DNA from: a virus
Lineage: Duplodnaviria > Caudoviricetes
DNA: 33,558 nucleotides
Virus record (IMG/VR): IMGVR_UViG_3300043218_000040
Span: 1 to 33,558 of that record
Reading direction: 5' to 3' (one strand)
In this document: piece after piece, positions 17,097-26,219 of the stretch
Layout of the letters: each line of letters starts with the position of its first letter
Numbering within the stretch: position 1 is the stretch's first letter
Position numbers and translations under genes: made by a program
The notes under the pieces: generated by a model
The model's database searches: none
What the model saw: only the letters and a program-made list of their open reading frames with translations
Told to the model about the DNA's origin: nothing

Positions 17097-17440
17097 GGGC
17101 AAATGAAAAACAAGTCGGCGGGGCGCACTACAAGGACACCGCAGCTCCCTGCCCTCACTGTGGTAATCTTCTTGAGCATTGGGATGTTACTTGGGCCTTT
17201 CGTTTTAATCAGTTCCAGTATTGTATATCAAAGTATATTTGGAGGAAGAAAGGTCCGGAGGGTCGTCCTTTACTAGATGATTTAGAAAAGGCGAAGCACC
17301 ATCTTGAAAAGTATATTGAATGTGTGCAAGCAGAAGAGAGCATTGCAGCCGGGTATGGCCCCGACGAAAACATGGCAGCGTTGAAGTTAGATGAGAGTGG
17401 CGAACCAGGACGAGAATATATAGACCAGGACAGAACCTGA
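17090..17440 (+). CDS. DUF3310/SaV-like protein (T7 gp1.7-like nucleotide kinase family)
   Basis: QVGGAHYK, KYIWR, DLEKAKHHLE motifs; CPHC insertion. Confidence 0.8.
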   Translation: MVRANEKQVGGAHYKDTAAPCPHCGNLLEHWDVTWAFRFNQFQYCISKYIWRKKGPEGRPLLDDLEKAKHHLEKYIECVQAEESIAAGYGPDENMAALKLDESGEPGREYIDQDRT

Positions 17441-17530
17441 ACTCAGACAGACCTGTTTCAGAATGTCCGCCCGAGGTGGCCGATGGGTACTAGTTAGCTC
17501 TGGGTGCGGCCGGAGTCAGCCATCACCGCA

Positions 17531-17938
17531 CTACTTAGTCTTACCCTTTATTTTCTCAACGGTACGCATCGTACCTAGAAGTCCGAGCATACCCAGAGTT
17601 AATTGCATGATAGTTTGCTGAGGAAGCTCCGGTCCCGCCGCCCCCGTGATCCATTGTAGCCATGGATTTAAGAGCATCATATTGAGAATCCCCAAGCCGC
17701 AAACCCAACCGATGAACGGCCTCCAGCCAGCTACGAAACGTGATCGGTGCGAGGCTTCAATCTTATTGATCTCAGTCTGCACCAAATGAGGTTCCATAGC
17801 GATACGCATACGGATTTCCTCATGGGTTAGCTTTTCGTCCTTGCTGGTGAATAAATTGTCCAGCACATTGCCGACTGCTGTAACTCCAGCAATAGCTTCG
17901 CCCCCACCAAAGATTTTACTTAGAATTCCCAAGGACAT
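17531..17938 (-). CDS. Holin-like protein (3TM/DUF3154 GTA-type)
   Basis: EINKIEA.H.S.FVAGWRPFIGWVCG...GMLGL...RTVEKIKG signature. Confidence 0.85.
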   Translation of the reverse strand: MSLGILSKIFGGGEAIAGVTAVGNVLDNLFTSKDEKLTHEEIRMRIAMEPHLVQTEINKIEASHRSRFVAGWRPFIGWVCGLGILNMMLLNPWLQWITGAAGPELPQQTIMQLTLGMLGLLGTMRTVEKIKGKTK

Positions 17939-18113
17939 TCTCCTTCTTAAAGTAACCCCCGATCGTAGCGGCAGCGAGGACTAGGCTTTCACCTCCACCT
18001 GGAGGTATCCTGTCATATAGCTCAGGGTAGACAACAGCAAGAGCAATTAGTAAAATCGTAGCAATCGCTCCATAAACTCCTGTTGCTTGAATTGTACTTG
18101 ATGGTGCGTTCAT
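17916..18113 (-). CDS. Small two-TM membrane protein (holin/antiholin-like)
   Basis: two hydrophobic segments, GYFKKE tail, lysis context. Confidence 0.55.
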   Translation of the reverse strand: MNAPSSTIQATGVYGAIATILLIALAVVYPELYDRIPPGGGESLVLAAATIGGYFKKENVLGNSK

Positions 18114-18122
18114 ATTATCCCC

Positions 18123-18518
18123 CTATTGAACACCCAGAGCGTTTGGGGGGAGTGGCTTCCCCGTGTATTTCTTATCCGCAGGGTTGCTTGCATCAGAACT
18201 GATGTCATCCACAGTGACCGTATAAGCGAGGAATGTATAAGTCCCCGGCTGTGGAATAGCTCCCACTAAAGTCTGGCATTGAACAGCCCCCGGTAGGACA
18301 GTCATTGCAGAGGTAGTGTCAATTATAGTTTCACCACTGTGCCGAACACCTGTAAGTCGGGTGTGGGCAATGTCCCCATCTTGAATAGTTGTACTGTCCT
18401 CGTACAAAGTCGGATGTGTCCAACATAGCGACACATCACGAGGATAGCTGGGGGACTGGGCAAATGTGATAGACCCAAGGAGCAGGAATGTTATGAAGCC
18501 TTGCAGTAATCGTTTCAT
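18123..18518 (-). CDS. Secreted beta-sandwich (FN3/Ig-like) protein
   Basis: signal peptide MKRLLQGFITFLLLGSITFA; LCWTHP...GTYTFLAYTVT..SDASN..P.PP. Confidence 0.55.
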   Translation of the reverse strand: MKRLLQGFITFLLLGSITFAQSPSYPRDVSLCWTHPTLYEDSTTIQDGDIAHTRLTGVRHSGETIIDTTSAMTVLPGAVQCQTLVGAIPQPGTYTFLAYTVTVDDISSDASNPADKKYTGKPLPPNALGVQ

Positions 18519-18979
18519 GCTACATCCTCTATTGTTATCCATACAGTATCTTTCATTATTGCTGCATGGATCATTTCATACAAACGCCTGTAGGCTGTGA
18601 CACTATTAGTCACTTGCCCACGCTCAACTACATTGGATATCTGGCCGTCGCCAACAAGAATGCAGCCTTCTGAATCGTCATCTTTGTTGCCAACGTGAAT
18701 GTATATAAATGTGAAACCCGGTACGTCTTGTAGCCAGAGCATCCCCCCATGCCAAGGAAGGAACCTTTCAGTGTACCTCTTGTGCATTCCTCCCTCGGTA
18801 CGCAACTTGATCTCGTACCTTCCCGGTGGTATTCTAGTTTCACCTGGAACCTTTGGCTCATTGTACTGATCTTCCAAAGTGTAGCAACGAAAGTTAAGAT
18901 CGTCCGTACCCACTACTTCAAACAGGTTGCCGAGAGTAGCTTCTTCCCCACTGGATATCCTACTTAGATGGAGCTCCAT
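18515..18979 (-). CDS. DUF5675-like protein, candidate endolysin
   Basis: TLGNL, CYTLED, IPPGRY, VPGF..IYIHVGN..DDSEGCILVG (His/Cys). Confidence 0.8.
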   Translation of the reverse strand: MELHLSRISSGEEATLGNLFEVVGTDDLNFRCYTLEDQYNEPKVPGETRIPPGRYEIKLRTEGGMHKRYTERFLPWHGGMLWLQDVPGFTFIYIHVGNKDDDSEGCILVGDGQISNVVERGQVTNSVTAYRRLYEMIHAAIMKDTVWITIEDVA

Positions 18980-19187
18980 TACCGTCTCCTGGTGGGGGGA
19001 CTATTGGCTTCCCGGTGTCAACAATCTTAAGTTGACCATTAGCAATGGCCGCGAGCCATAGCTTCATCTCTACTACCCGTTCCGCATGAGCTGAGGATAC
19101 TGGCACTCCTTGGCCCTGTGAAAAAATTTGGTGGATAGAAAGGGCCATCTGCTGATGACCATCTGGCTGCTGTTTAACTTCTGGCAT
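18960..19187 (-). CDS. Hypothetical protein
   Basis: AAGGAG RBS, in operon. Confidence 0.6.
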   Translation of the reverse strand: MPEVKQQPDGHQQMALSIHQIFSQGQGVPVSSAHAERVVEMKLWLAAIANGQLKIVDTGKPIVPPPGDGNGAPSK

Positions 19188-19225
19188 TTCATTCTCCTTA
19201 TTATGGTGTACTTCATTGTACCACG

Positions 19226-19576
19226 TTAACTAGTCGCTTGCAATGCTGATTTAGCTTCCTCTAATGCTGCCAATTCTATTTCTAAATCAGCTAGGTACAA
19301 AGCATCTTCTTCATCCCACGTATCATCATTACGTTGGCGGAATTCCAACGCTGCTATTTCTTTTCTTGTAGCATTGATGTCTCGCTGCAACAGGGCGACG
19401 AAAGCATTGTTAATCGGTTCTGCTTCTTCTGCTACGATTGCTTTGATATCCTCAGCCATTGAGTTGAGGATAAGAGGCTGCAAAATAAACCAGAAGATAG
19501 GTATGAGGGTAACGTAAGTCACCAACTGGTTGATACCTATACGAATCCCTTGTTCCTTAGCTGTTGCATTAGTCAT
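19226..19576 (-). CDS. Single-TM coiled-coil protein
   Basis: N-terminal TM LVTYVTLIPIFWFIL followed by heptad-rich helix. Confidence 0.6.
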   Translation of the reverse strand: MTNATAKEQGIRIGINQLVTYVTLIPIFWFILQPLILNSMAEDIKAIVAEEAEPINNAFVALLQRDINATRKEIAALEFRQRNDDTWDEEDALYLADLEIELAALEEAKSALQATS

Positions 19577-19935
19577 GTTACTTTATTCCGTATTGCTGTC
19601 CGTAGTTGAGCAAACGTGCGGGGAGGTAAGCCCTCAATAGCTCGCAGTATGTTGAATTCATCCACCACCATTTCAGCAAAGGCTTTAAGGATTTTCTCAC
19701 TGTCGAGTTTATCCCGTTCCTCATCTAGCCCTGCATCAACTTCTGTTTGTGTGAATGCCGCATCTATATTTGCTTGGTCGGCAACGTAACCAATAAGAGC
19801 TGCATCAAGAGCAGCTTGAGTAACATCCGGTACTTCAAATTCATCATCCGTTAATGATAATTCCTGGAGATTACTACCTGCAAGATCAGCAAGTGCTCTT
19901 AAATTGTGACTTACTAAGACTGTGACTTTAGCCAT
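19573..19935 (-). CDS. Fibre-associated chaperone-like protein; paralog of 29888-30262
   Basis: directly after fibre gene; shared PDVxQxALDxALIxYVADQxNIDAA and DExNxLRxIEGLPxRTxAQxRTAI. Confidence 0.65.
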   Translation of the reverse strand: MAKVTVLVSHNLRALADLAGSNLQELSLTDDEFEVPDVTQAALDAALIGYVADQANIDAAFTQTEVDAGLDEERDKLDSEKILKAFAEMVVDEFNILRAIEGLPPRTFAQLRTAIRNKVT

Positions 19936-21641
19936 TATTGTATGATCTCCATTTCAAACCACGGGGCGCTTGCGACCGTTAACAACGAAATTAAACTTCC
20001 TTGATAACATTGCAGTTCAAACCAGTCACCGGCTACGACTTCAATAATGCCAGTCATAATAATAGTGCCTTGATTCCATAAACTTTGAATATGTGGACTG
20101 AATGTTACAAAAGGTCTGAAAGCACTACGGCCATCATCAACGGAAAGATTCGCACCGTCCTTGCGAATACGAAGTAGCCTAGTGCCAGTGACATTTGCAG
20201 AAAATTGAAGACCACCTTTTAGACGTATTCTTGTCACACCCGTTGGAACTGTTAAACGATTTGTATTAGACACATTGTTATGAATAGTGCCAGTGGTATC
20301 ATATGTTTCATTAGGGAAATTTACCGAAGTCCACACAGCATTAGGGATTAATTGAGTAGTGGGTCTGTAGGCAAGACAACCATTAAAGTTCCCAGCTCCG
20401 CCACCACCACCGAGATCCGATGTAGTCAATACTCGTTCAAACCCTAAGCCAGTATCTTGGTTGTCAACTTCAAGCCCACCATTCGCTGCGGTTAGAGTAC
20501 GTGCTCGTTCATTATTGTTATGGTACATCGCGGACTTACCATTCGCTGTGCCGTAGAATGCTATTTCACCAGCAGCAACTTGAAGTCGTAGATCACCCGT
20601 ACCTCGTACAGTTGTTAGGCCATCAGGATCACCTTCAAGAATTTGTCGTAGTACGCCACCAGTATCTTCAGCTTGAATTTTTACGTTCCCGCCATGAATT
20701 TCATTTCTGAGTATCAGAATATCATCGCCTATATATCCTAACCGGGCACGACACGTAGCGTCTTGCCAATCAAATACTATAAGCCGATCTTCGGTGTCGG
20801 TATTACCATCACTTCTTAAAGCAACCATCCCAGCCGTCTGTGTTTCCCAACGGCAAAGACCATCATGAAAAAGACTAACCCCCTCATTAACAGCATCAAG
20901 AATAAGAGGTTCACCACTAGTCAGCATCCGAATTATAGCACTCGTACCATCCATTAGGATGCGTAGGGTATCCGCCCCCGCTACGTCAAGGAAATCCCAC
21001 TGACCACCACGAAGTGTCCATGGCCCGATGGCTGTGCCAACACGAGTAATCGCTATAGCATTTTCAACATCAGTTAGTGGCGCACCGTCCGTAGCTGAAG
21101 CGAGGACTAATTGGTCACCATTAGCTCGCCAGTTCCACACCCCTTCGTCGGCTGTGCTTCCTGTTTCCCTTAAAGTAAAGAGAACATCAGCACCAGTAAT
21201 GATAAAAGGATTAGGAAAAGGTGCGTAGATGAATGATGCTGCTCCTGAGAAATCCCAGTTACCTGTAGGTGAGTAATCCCCAGCTTCGTGCATAACGGGA
21301 ACCCACATACTAGATATAAACATTTCAAAAGGATCACTCCCGCTGCTAGTCCAACGAGACTTGTCCACTCCCGCCACACTGACCCGCATTTCGTCAAGGC
21401 CAGGACGCCAGATGCCCATGTTCTGTTGGTTAGCCCATGATATACCGGGGAGGGCAACCGACCCATCTGCATTGAGAAATGGTGAAATCATACCCCCTGA
21501 TCCTGTGCGAGAAAGGGAGTCGGTGAGCGCAGCAGCAATGTCGTCCATCGTGGGGTTCGCCCACGTTGTTTCAATAATCGTACCCGGAATTACCGGGTTT
21601 CCTGCTGGAAGTGTATAAGTACCTCCGCCGTCACGTGGCAT
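19935..21641 (-). CDS. Tail fibre / receptor-binding protein
   Basis: podovirus-type anchor MPRDGGGTYTLPAGNPV.PGT.I...WAN.T..DIA.ALT.S; beta-rich body; C1q/TNF-like tip. Confidence 0.8.
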   Translation of the reverse strand: MPRDGGGTYTLPAGNPVIPGTIIETTWANPTMDDIAAALTDSLSRTGSGGMISPFLNADGSVALPGISWANQQNMGIWRPGLDEMRVSVAGVDKSRWTSSGSDPFEMFISSMWVPVMHEAGDYSPTGNWDFSGAASFIYAPFPNPFIITGADVLFTLRETGSTADEGVWNWRANGDQLVLASATDGAPLTDVENAIAITRVGTAIGPWTLRGGQWDFLDVAGADTLRILMDGTSAIIRMLTSGEPLILDAVNEGVSLFHDGLCRWETQTAGMVALRSDGNTDTEDRLIVFDWQDATCRARLGYIGDDILILRNEIHGGNVKIQAEDTGGVLRQILEGDPDGLTTVRGTGDLRLQVAAGEIAFYGTANGKSAMYHNNNERARTLTAANGGLEVDNQDTGLGFERVLTTSDLGGGGGAGNFNGCLAYRPTTQLIPNAVWTSVNFPNETYDTTGTIHNNVSNTNRLTVPTGVTRIRLKGGLQFSANVTGTRLLRIRKDGANLSVDDGRSAFRPFVTFSPHIQSLWNQGTIIMTGIIEVVAGDWFELQCYQGSLISLLTVASAPWFEMEIIQ

Positions 21642-23311
21642 TACTGTTCTCCCTGAGCTATGATTCCAGATTCAATCGCTGCAATTTGTCGGCCAGTCAA
21701 ACCAGCCTGCTTCAAACTATGGACGAACCATGGATGATGTTTGGGGTCAAGCAACCTTCGCATATTGTGCTGACCTGTGATAACCTGTTGGAATTTCTTG
21801 CTTGCCATCCATCGGCCAACCCCGACAATCGCTGCTAGTCCTACACCAGCACTAGCGAGCCCTGCTGTCATAGTAGTTGCGACAGCACCACCAACTTGAG
21901 TTGCTGCAATAAGCTGATAAATTCCTGGCCTACTTGGGAACTCTGGCAATGCTTTCGCAGCATTGCGAGCTACTGCAAGGTAAGAATCTTCAACAGGAGT
22001 ACTCCTAGATGCACCTTTTGCAGACCTACTTAGAAGTTGCTTGGCTGTGAATTCCCCACCTTCCTTGGCAGCATCATCAAATGCCTTGCCAAGAATTTGA
22101 TAATGCTTGTAAGGTTCAGACAGTTGCTCGTAACGAGCAAATACTTCGTCATCAACTTCTCGTTTAAGGACATCATCAACGCTTTCAATAGCTTCGTCAA
22201 TCTTTTTGTTAATGCCTGAACGAAGAGGCCCCTTACCAGATTGAGATCGGAGGTTATTAAGAGCATTACGATGGTTCAATAAGTTAGCGCCACGCTGCCC
22301 CGGACCCTTCGGTATCTTGTACAGACCTTCACTAGCAGACTCTAATAAAGATCTTACTTCTTTGGGTACTTTCAAACGGGCAGCATTCACAACCGCACCG
22401 TTGATATCATCATAAGCTCCAGCCCAAAAATCATCCAGCTTACTCATCATTGCTACGATGTTATCGTCCCCCCGAAGGGCAACTTCCGCCCACTCAGTGT
22501 CAGGGTGTGCTTTCGTTGCTGCCCAATGACGTAGGTCATTAACCGCAGTCTGGTACTGTCCCCGAATTTTACCAGAAACACCAGGAAGATTTGCCAATAC
22601 TCCGTTGTACCACATCTTAGTGATACCTTGCCCAGATTGGGAAAGAGGAATAAATTGTCCAGTTTGCTTCTGCAAAGCAATAGCTTCCGGGGTCTGATTA
22701 GTGAGTTTGAAGTTGCGCCAGCTATTCCCAATCTTCTGGCCTAACCATCCTCCCCCAGCTCCAAATGCTGCTCCCCCGGCTGCACCTGCGACCCGATGCT
22801 CTGGGCCACCAAAGATCGCACCTATGCCAGCGCCCTCCACAGCCCCTCGAGCCACCGGACTTTGTAGTACCCTGCCTGCCCTACTAAACCCCTTGCGACT
22901 AAGCGTACCGGCGCTTCGAGCGGCTCTCAGCCCTGTTCCTGCGGCCTTGCCTGCCAGCCCTACGCCCCCACTAAGCGGCAGCGTCGCTGCGATCTCTCCG
23001 ACTACACTTCCGAACTGCCCCATGCCCGTAGCCATGAGGTCTTCATCTATTTTCTTAGCATCAGCAAGTTCATCGTCACTAATGAAGCCAAAGATATTAC
23101 CAATTTGTCTGCCAGTTTCAACAGCACCCCGACCCATGCCTTCCACGAATCGGTCCATCTTAGTTTCACCGGCTGCACTAGGGGCAGTTTCATACCCAAA
23201 GTCTGCATTAGTAGCTAGACCCTCACCAATTGCTCGTTGTGCAATCTGGTGTTTCTTCATATCATCAGGTACATTCCTGATGATCGTACCATTTGGAAGT
23301 CTGTAGTCCAT
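21641..23311 (-). CDS. Putative DNA ejection/internal virion protein
   Basis: Gly/Ala-rich amphipathic segments; YRLPNGT...VPD N-terminus; position. Confidence 0.6.
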   Translation of the reverse strand: MDYRLPNGTIIRNVPDDMKKHQIAQRAIGEGLATNADFGYETAPSAAGETKMDRFVEGMGRGAVETGRQIGNIFGFISDDELADAKKIDEDLMATGMGQFGSVVGEIAATLPLSGGVGLAGKAAGTGLRAARSAGTLSRKGFSRAGRVLQSPVARGAVEGAGIGAIFGGPEHRVAGAAGGAAFGAGGGWLGQKIGNSWRNFKLTNQTPEAIALQKQTGQFIPLSQSGQGITKMWYNGVLANLPGVSGKIRGQYQTAVNDLRHWAATKAHPDTEWAEVALRGDDNIVAMMSKLDDFWAGAYDDINGAVVNAARLKVPKEVRSLLESASEGLYKIPKGPGQRGANLLNHRNALNNLRSQSGKGPLRSGINKKIDEAIESVDDVLKREVDDEVFARYEQLSEPYKHYQILGKAFDDAAKEGGEFTAKQLLSRSAKGASRSTPVEDSYLAVARNAAKALPEFPSRPGIYQLIAATQVGGAVATTMTAGLASAGVGLAAIVGVGRWMASKKFQQVITGQHNMRRLLDPKHHPWFVHSLKQAGLTGRQIAAIESGIIAQGEQ

Positions 23312-24231
23312 TAGTTTGCCTCAGCAGTTCCCCAGTCAGCCACAACTACTCCCTCATCTGGGTTCGGCGGGGGAGGAACAGCTCCCACGCCAGTTGCTCT
23401 GGGATCAGTTCCCTGTACATCATGGAAGCGTTGCGTCCATGTAGCTATAACCTCAGGAGGATAGCCTGCCCCAATACCAGCCTCAATATTGGCAACTCCC
23501 GCTGCAATCTCTGGGAAGGCTATTAGTATTTCTCTGTCAGTAGACATACCGTCAAGGGTTTCCAGTAGCTCTTCAGCAAACCGAGCCATTTCTGGGTCAG
23601 TCACCGCTGCACCAGACCTTAATTTGAGTAGCTTGTTACGAACAGAAGCTATGCCCTGCCGGAGCCTGACTGCTTCGTCCCCAACTATTCGGTTAGGCTT
23701 CCAACCTCCGCCACCAACACCTTCAATGCCTTGCCCGTACTTCGTCCCACCTTCACGATACTGATCAAGTATTTCACTGACGCGTACCATATCACCTTTA
23801 AGCTCAGGTATATTCATACGTGTCATTGTTTCACTGTACTTGCGAACCTTATCGTCAAAGTTCTTCTGCATAGTCATGGCCAACCGACGCTCTGCCGGAG
23901 AACCTACTTCACGAAGATAAGCATTATGTTTTTCAGCTTCCTCTTGTTTGCGAATAGCCAGAGCATGTTGCTTGCCGAACTGGTCAGACAGTTGGTCGTA
24001 ATAGGTCTGGGTTAAGTCCCGCTGAGCCTTCCGCTGCAAATTCATTGCTTCTGCCTGGACAGATACTTGAGTACTCTTGCTCAACGCTACCCCGAAAGGC
24101 TGGAGTACTTCATCCCCCGTTAGCTGAGCAAGCGCACCGATTTCTGACTTACGACGTAGACCTTGCGCCAGAGCTTTCTGCATCTCCGGGGAACGGTCTG
24201 CCATAAGCATAAGTTCAATTGGATCAGGCAT
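23311..24231 (-). CDS. Putative ejection protein
   Basis: helical; LRSGAAVTDPEMARF motif; position. Confidence 0.55.
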   Translation of the reverse strand: MPDPIELMLMADRSPEMQKALAQGLRRKSEIGALAQLTGDEVLQPFGVALSKSTQVSVQAEAMNLQRKAQRDLTQTYYDQLSDQFGKQHALAIRKQEEAEKHNAYLREVGSPAERRLAMTMQKNFDDKVRKYSETMTRMNIPELKGDMVRVSEILDQYREGGTKYGQGIEGVGGGGWKPNRIVGDEAVRLRQGIASVRNKLLKLRSGAAVTDPEMARFAEELLETLDGMSTDREILIAFPEIAAGVANIEAGIGAGYPPEVIATWTQRFHDVQGTDPRATGVGAVPPPPNPDEGVVVADWGTAEAN

Positions 24232-24232
24232 A

Positions 24233-24790
24233 TCAGTATCCTAATTCTTCCAAGTCTTCCTCGGTTACAGCATCCTTGTCACGTAAAAGATCAATAAGGC
24301 TCTTACGCCCTGCTGTCTGTTTTTCACCGATCACATCTGATTTCTTCTTACCTTTATATCTGCGTAACCCCACAGACAAATGCTCCAGTGGGGAGGCTGC
24401 GACAAACGTGCGCCCTTGATTCAGATACCGACCCTCAGCATCCGCAGTATCCCGCAGGGCTTCAGCACGTTCCCTTTGCTTCCGAAGTTCTCCCATGCCA
24501 GCATACTTTTCAGCATCCTCTTCACTCATATCAGCAAAGACCCCTGTGCTTGCTGATGTTCCTGCACCTGCTTGTGGAGGTTGCCCCTGCACCGTCATAG
24601 TGGGGAGTTCCATGGGGTTTTCCATTGTTCCTGAAGGCATACCCCCTAAAGGAGCTGCTCCCGGTGGAAGTGGCCCCGTACCAACTGAAGCATTTGGGTC
24701 GGTTGCTACGAACCACTCAGGGATTGGGTCTCCCTGCTTCCAGCCAGAAGCGAGGAGCTTTTGCATCGCCGCCTGCGAACCATTGCTCAT
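24233..24790 (-). CDS. Putative ejection/virion protein
   Basis: coupled ORF in ejection cluster; GRTFVAASPLEHL. Confidence 0.5.
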   Translation of the reverse strand: MSNGSQAAMQKLLASGWKQGDPIPEWFVATDPNASVGTGPLPPGAAPLGGMPSGTMENPMELPTMTVQGQPPQAGAGTSASTGVFADMSEEDAEKYAGMGELRKQRERAEALRDTADAEGRYLNQGRTFVAASPLEHLSVGLRRYKGKKKSDVIGEKQTAGRKSLIDLLRDKDAVTEEDLEELGY

Positions 24791-25185
24791 CTGTAACCTC
24801 CTCGACCCCCAAAGCGTCCTCCCCCACCCATACGATTACCTGTCGGGTTAGGAGGTCGTCTGCCCATCATTCCTGGTCCTGGCCTCGGCTTACCTCCGCC
24901 TCGCATTTGCTGTGCCATAGCTCGTTGATTCGCCATTACACGTCCAGGCATCCCACCTTGTGGAGGAGGAGCTACTCCACCTGCATCAATCGGGCCACCT
25001 CCGAGTTGATTGTACTGTTGCTGAGCTTGTCCAACCATACCTCCGGGGCCAGCCCGAGGGGGTCGTTGTGGGGGAGCCACAGGGCCACGAGTTCCCCGGC
25101 CTCGCATATCTTGCTGTTGCTGGAAGCCTCTGATTCTATCAGCGATACCACCTCCGCCGCCACCACCTCTGAAATTACCCATCAT
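24787..25185 (-). CDS. Low-complexity Gly/Pro/Met/Arg/Gln-rich protein
   Basis: ATGA overlaps with both neighbours; RGG-like C-terminus. Confidence 0.6.
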   Translation of the reverse strand: MMGNFRGGGGGGGIADRIRGFQQQQDMRGRGTRGPVAPPQRPPRAGPGGMVGQAQQQYNQLGGGPIDAGGVAPPPQGGMPGRVMANQRAMAQQMRGGGKPRPGPGMMGRRPPNPTGNRMGGGGRFGGRGGYR

Positions 25186-26219
25186 AGTCTCCCGTAATCA
25201 ACCATCGCGTAGCCAGCCGGAGCAGCCACGACCATATCTGGATTCTCATGTGCCAGTACACCGAAACCTTTTTCACCCCAGATATATGTCCACTTGTAGA
25301 ACTTACGATCAGCCCAGCGTCCGACATACTCAACGCTGCGTTTCAATCGTACGTCACTAAAGGACATCATACCTGCACCTGCATTCATAACACTCTGCCA
25401 GCCTGCCTGATCTGCACTGAACTGATCCATGTCAGCAGCATAGCCAGCCGCAGCAGCCCCTGAGTAATCAGCACCTTCTGTGACCCCAGCAGTATTAAAT
25501 CCCGGCATACTCGGCATACCGACTTGCTGACCATGTAGTATAGCATTGATCTCGTTGAGGCTAAATCCTCGGGCTTGCATGGCCTCAGCAATTTCTTGCT
25601 GCCTGAGCTGAGTATTGTATCCGCCAGCTCCAATGTCCATGCCTTGCATACGAGCACCCTCTTGCGCTGCCGCCATGTCAGCACCGAAGCCAGCCTGCTG
25701 ATAAGCATCAGTCCGCTGTTGCTCCATCGTCTGCATAGCATTATCGTAAGCTTCATCTCCTGGGCGTAAACCTTGATTTCGTAGAGCTGACTCTTGCTGC
25801 TCAGCTCGCTGCTCCCACTGTGGGTCAAGACGGGAAGTAGCTCTGCCATACATGGCTTCGCCTGCTCTATCCCCATAGTAGTCCCCACCTTCAACACGAG
25901 CACCACCTTCTGCGAATTGATCCCAGTCCATGGCTTCGCCAAATTCTCCTTCTACTCTTCCCATCATACCAGCAGCAAGATTACTTCTAGCAGTCCCCAT
26001 ACCGAGTTGTGCATCAAGAGATTCTTGTTGCTCAGGGCTTAAAGTGATATTCTGGGTCCAGTCGCCTGTATCTCCTTCAGTCCACTCAACGGTTCCCCAC
26101 GGAGTAATCTGTGTCGGGCGGTTTGCCCGAGTCTGCAACTCCATCATTTCAAGATTGCCCGCCGCAGTCTGTTCCGCCGCTGCCTCGTAGTCAGGCGCTT
26201 CTGGCGTAGATTTGCCCAT
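25182..26219 (-). CDS. DNA pilot/ejection-type protein with C-terminal peptidase S74-like domain
   Basis: MGKSTPEAPDY..AA..TA..N, NRPTQITPWG, LSPEQQ; C-terminal SDVRLK..Y.W.Y..GVLAHE..GYAMVDY. Confidence 0.7.
   Translation of the reverse strand: MGKSTPEAPDYEAAAEQTAAGNLEMMELQTRANRPTQITPWGTVEWTEGDTGDWTQNITLSPEQQESLDAQLGMGTARSNLAAGMMGRVEGEFGEAMDWDQFAEGGARVEGGDYYGDRAGEAMYGRATSRLDPQWEQRAEQQESALRNQGLRPGDEAYDNAMQTMEQQRTDAYQQAGFGADMAAAQEGARMQGMDIGAGGYNTQLRQQEIAEAMQARGFSLNEINAILHGQQVGMPSMPGFNTAGVTEGADYSGAAAAGYAADMDQFSADQAGWQSVMNAGAGMMSFSDVRLKRSVEYVGRWADRKFYKWTYIWGEKGFGVLAHENPDMVVAAPAGYAMVDYGRL

Noticed and set aside
17441-17530. Structured RNA or bidirectional terminator at the convergence point
   Set aside because: Only imperfect pairing, no U tracts, no tRNA-like fold
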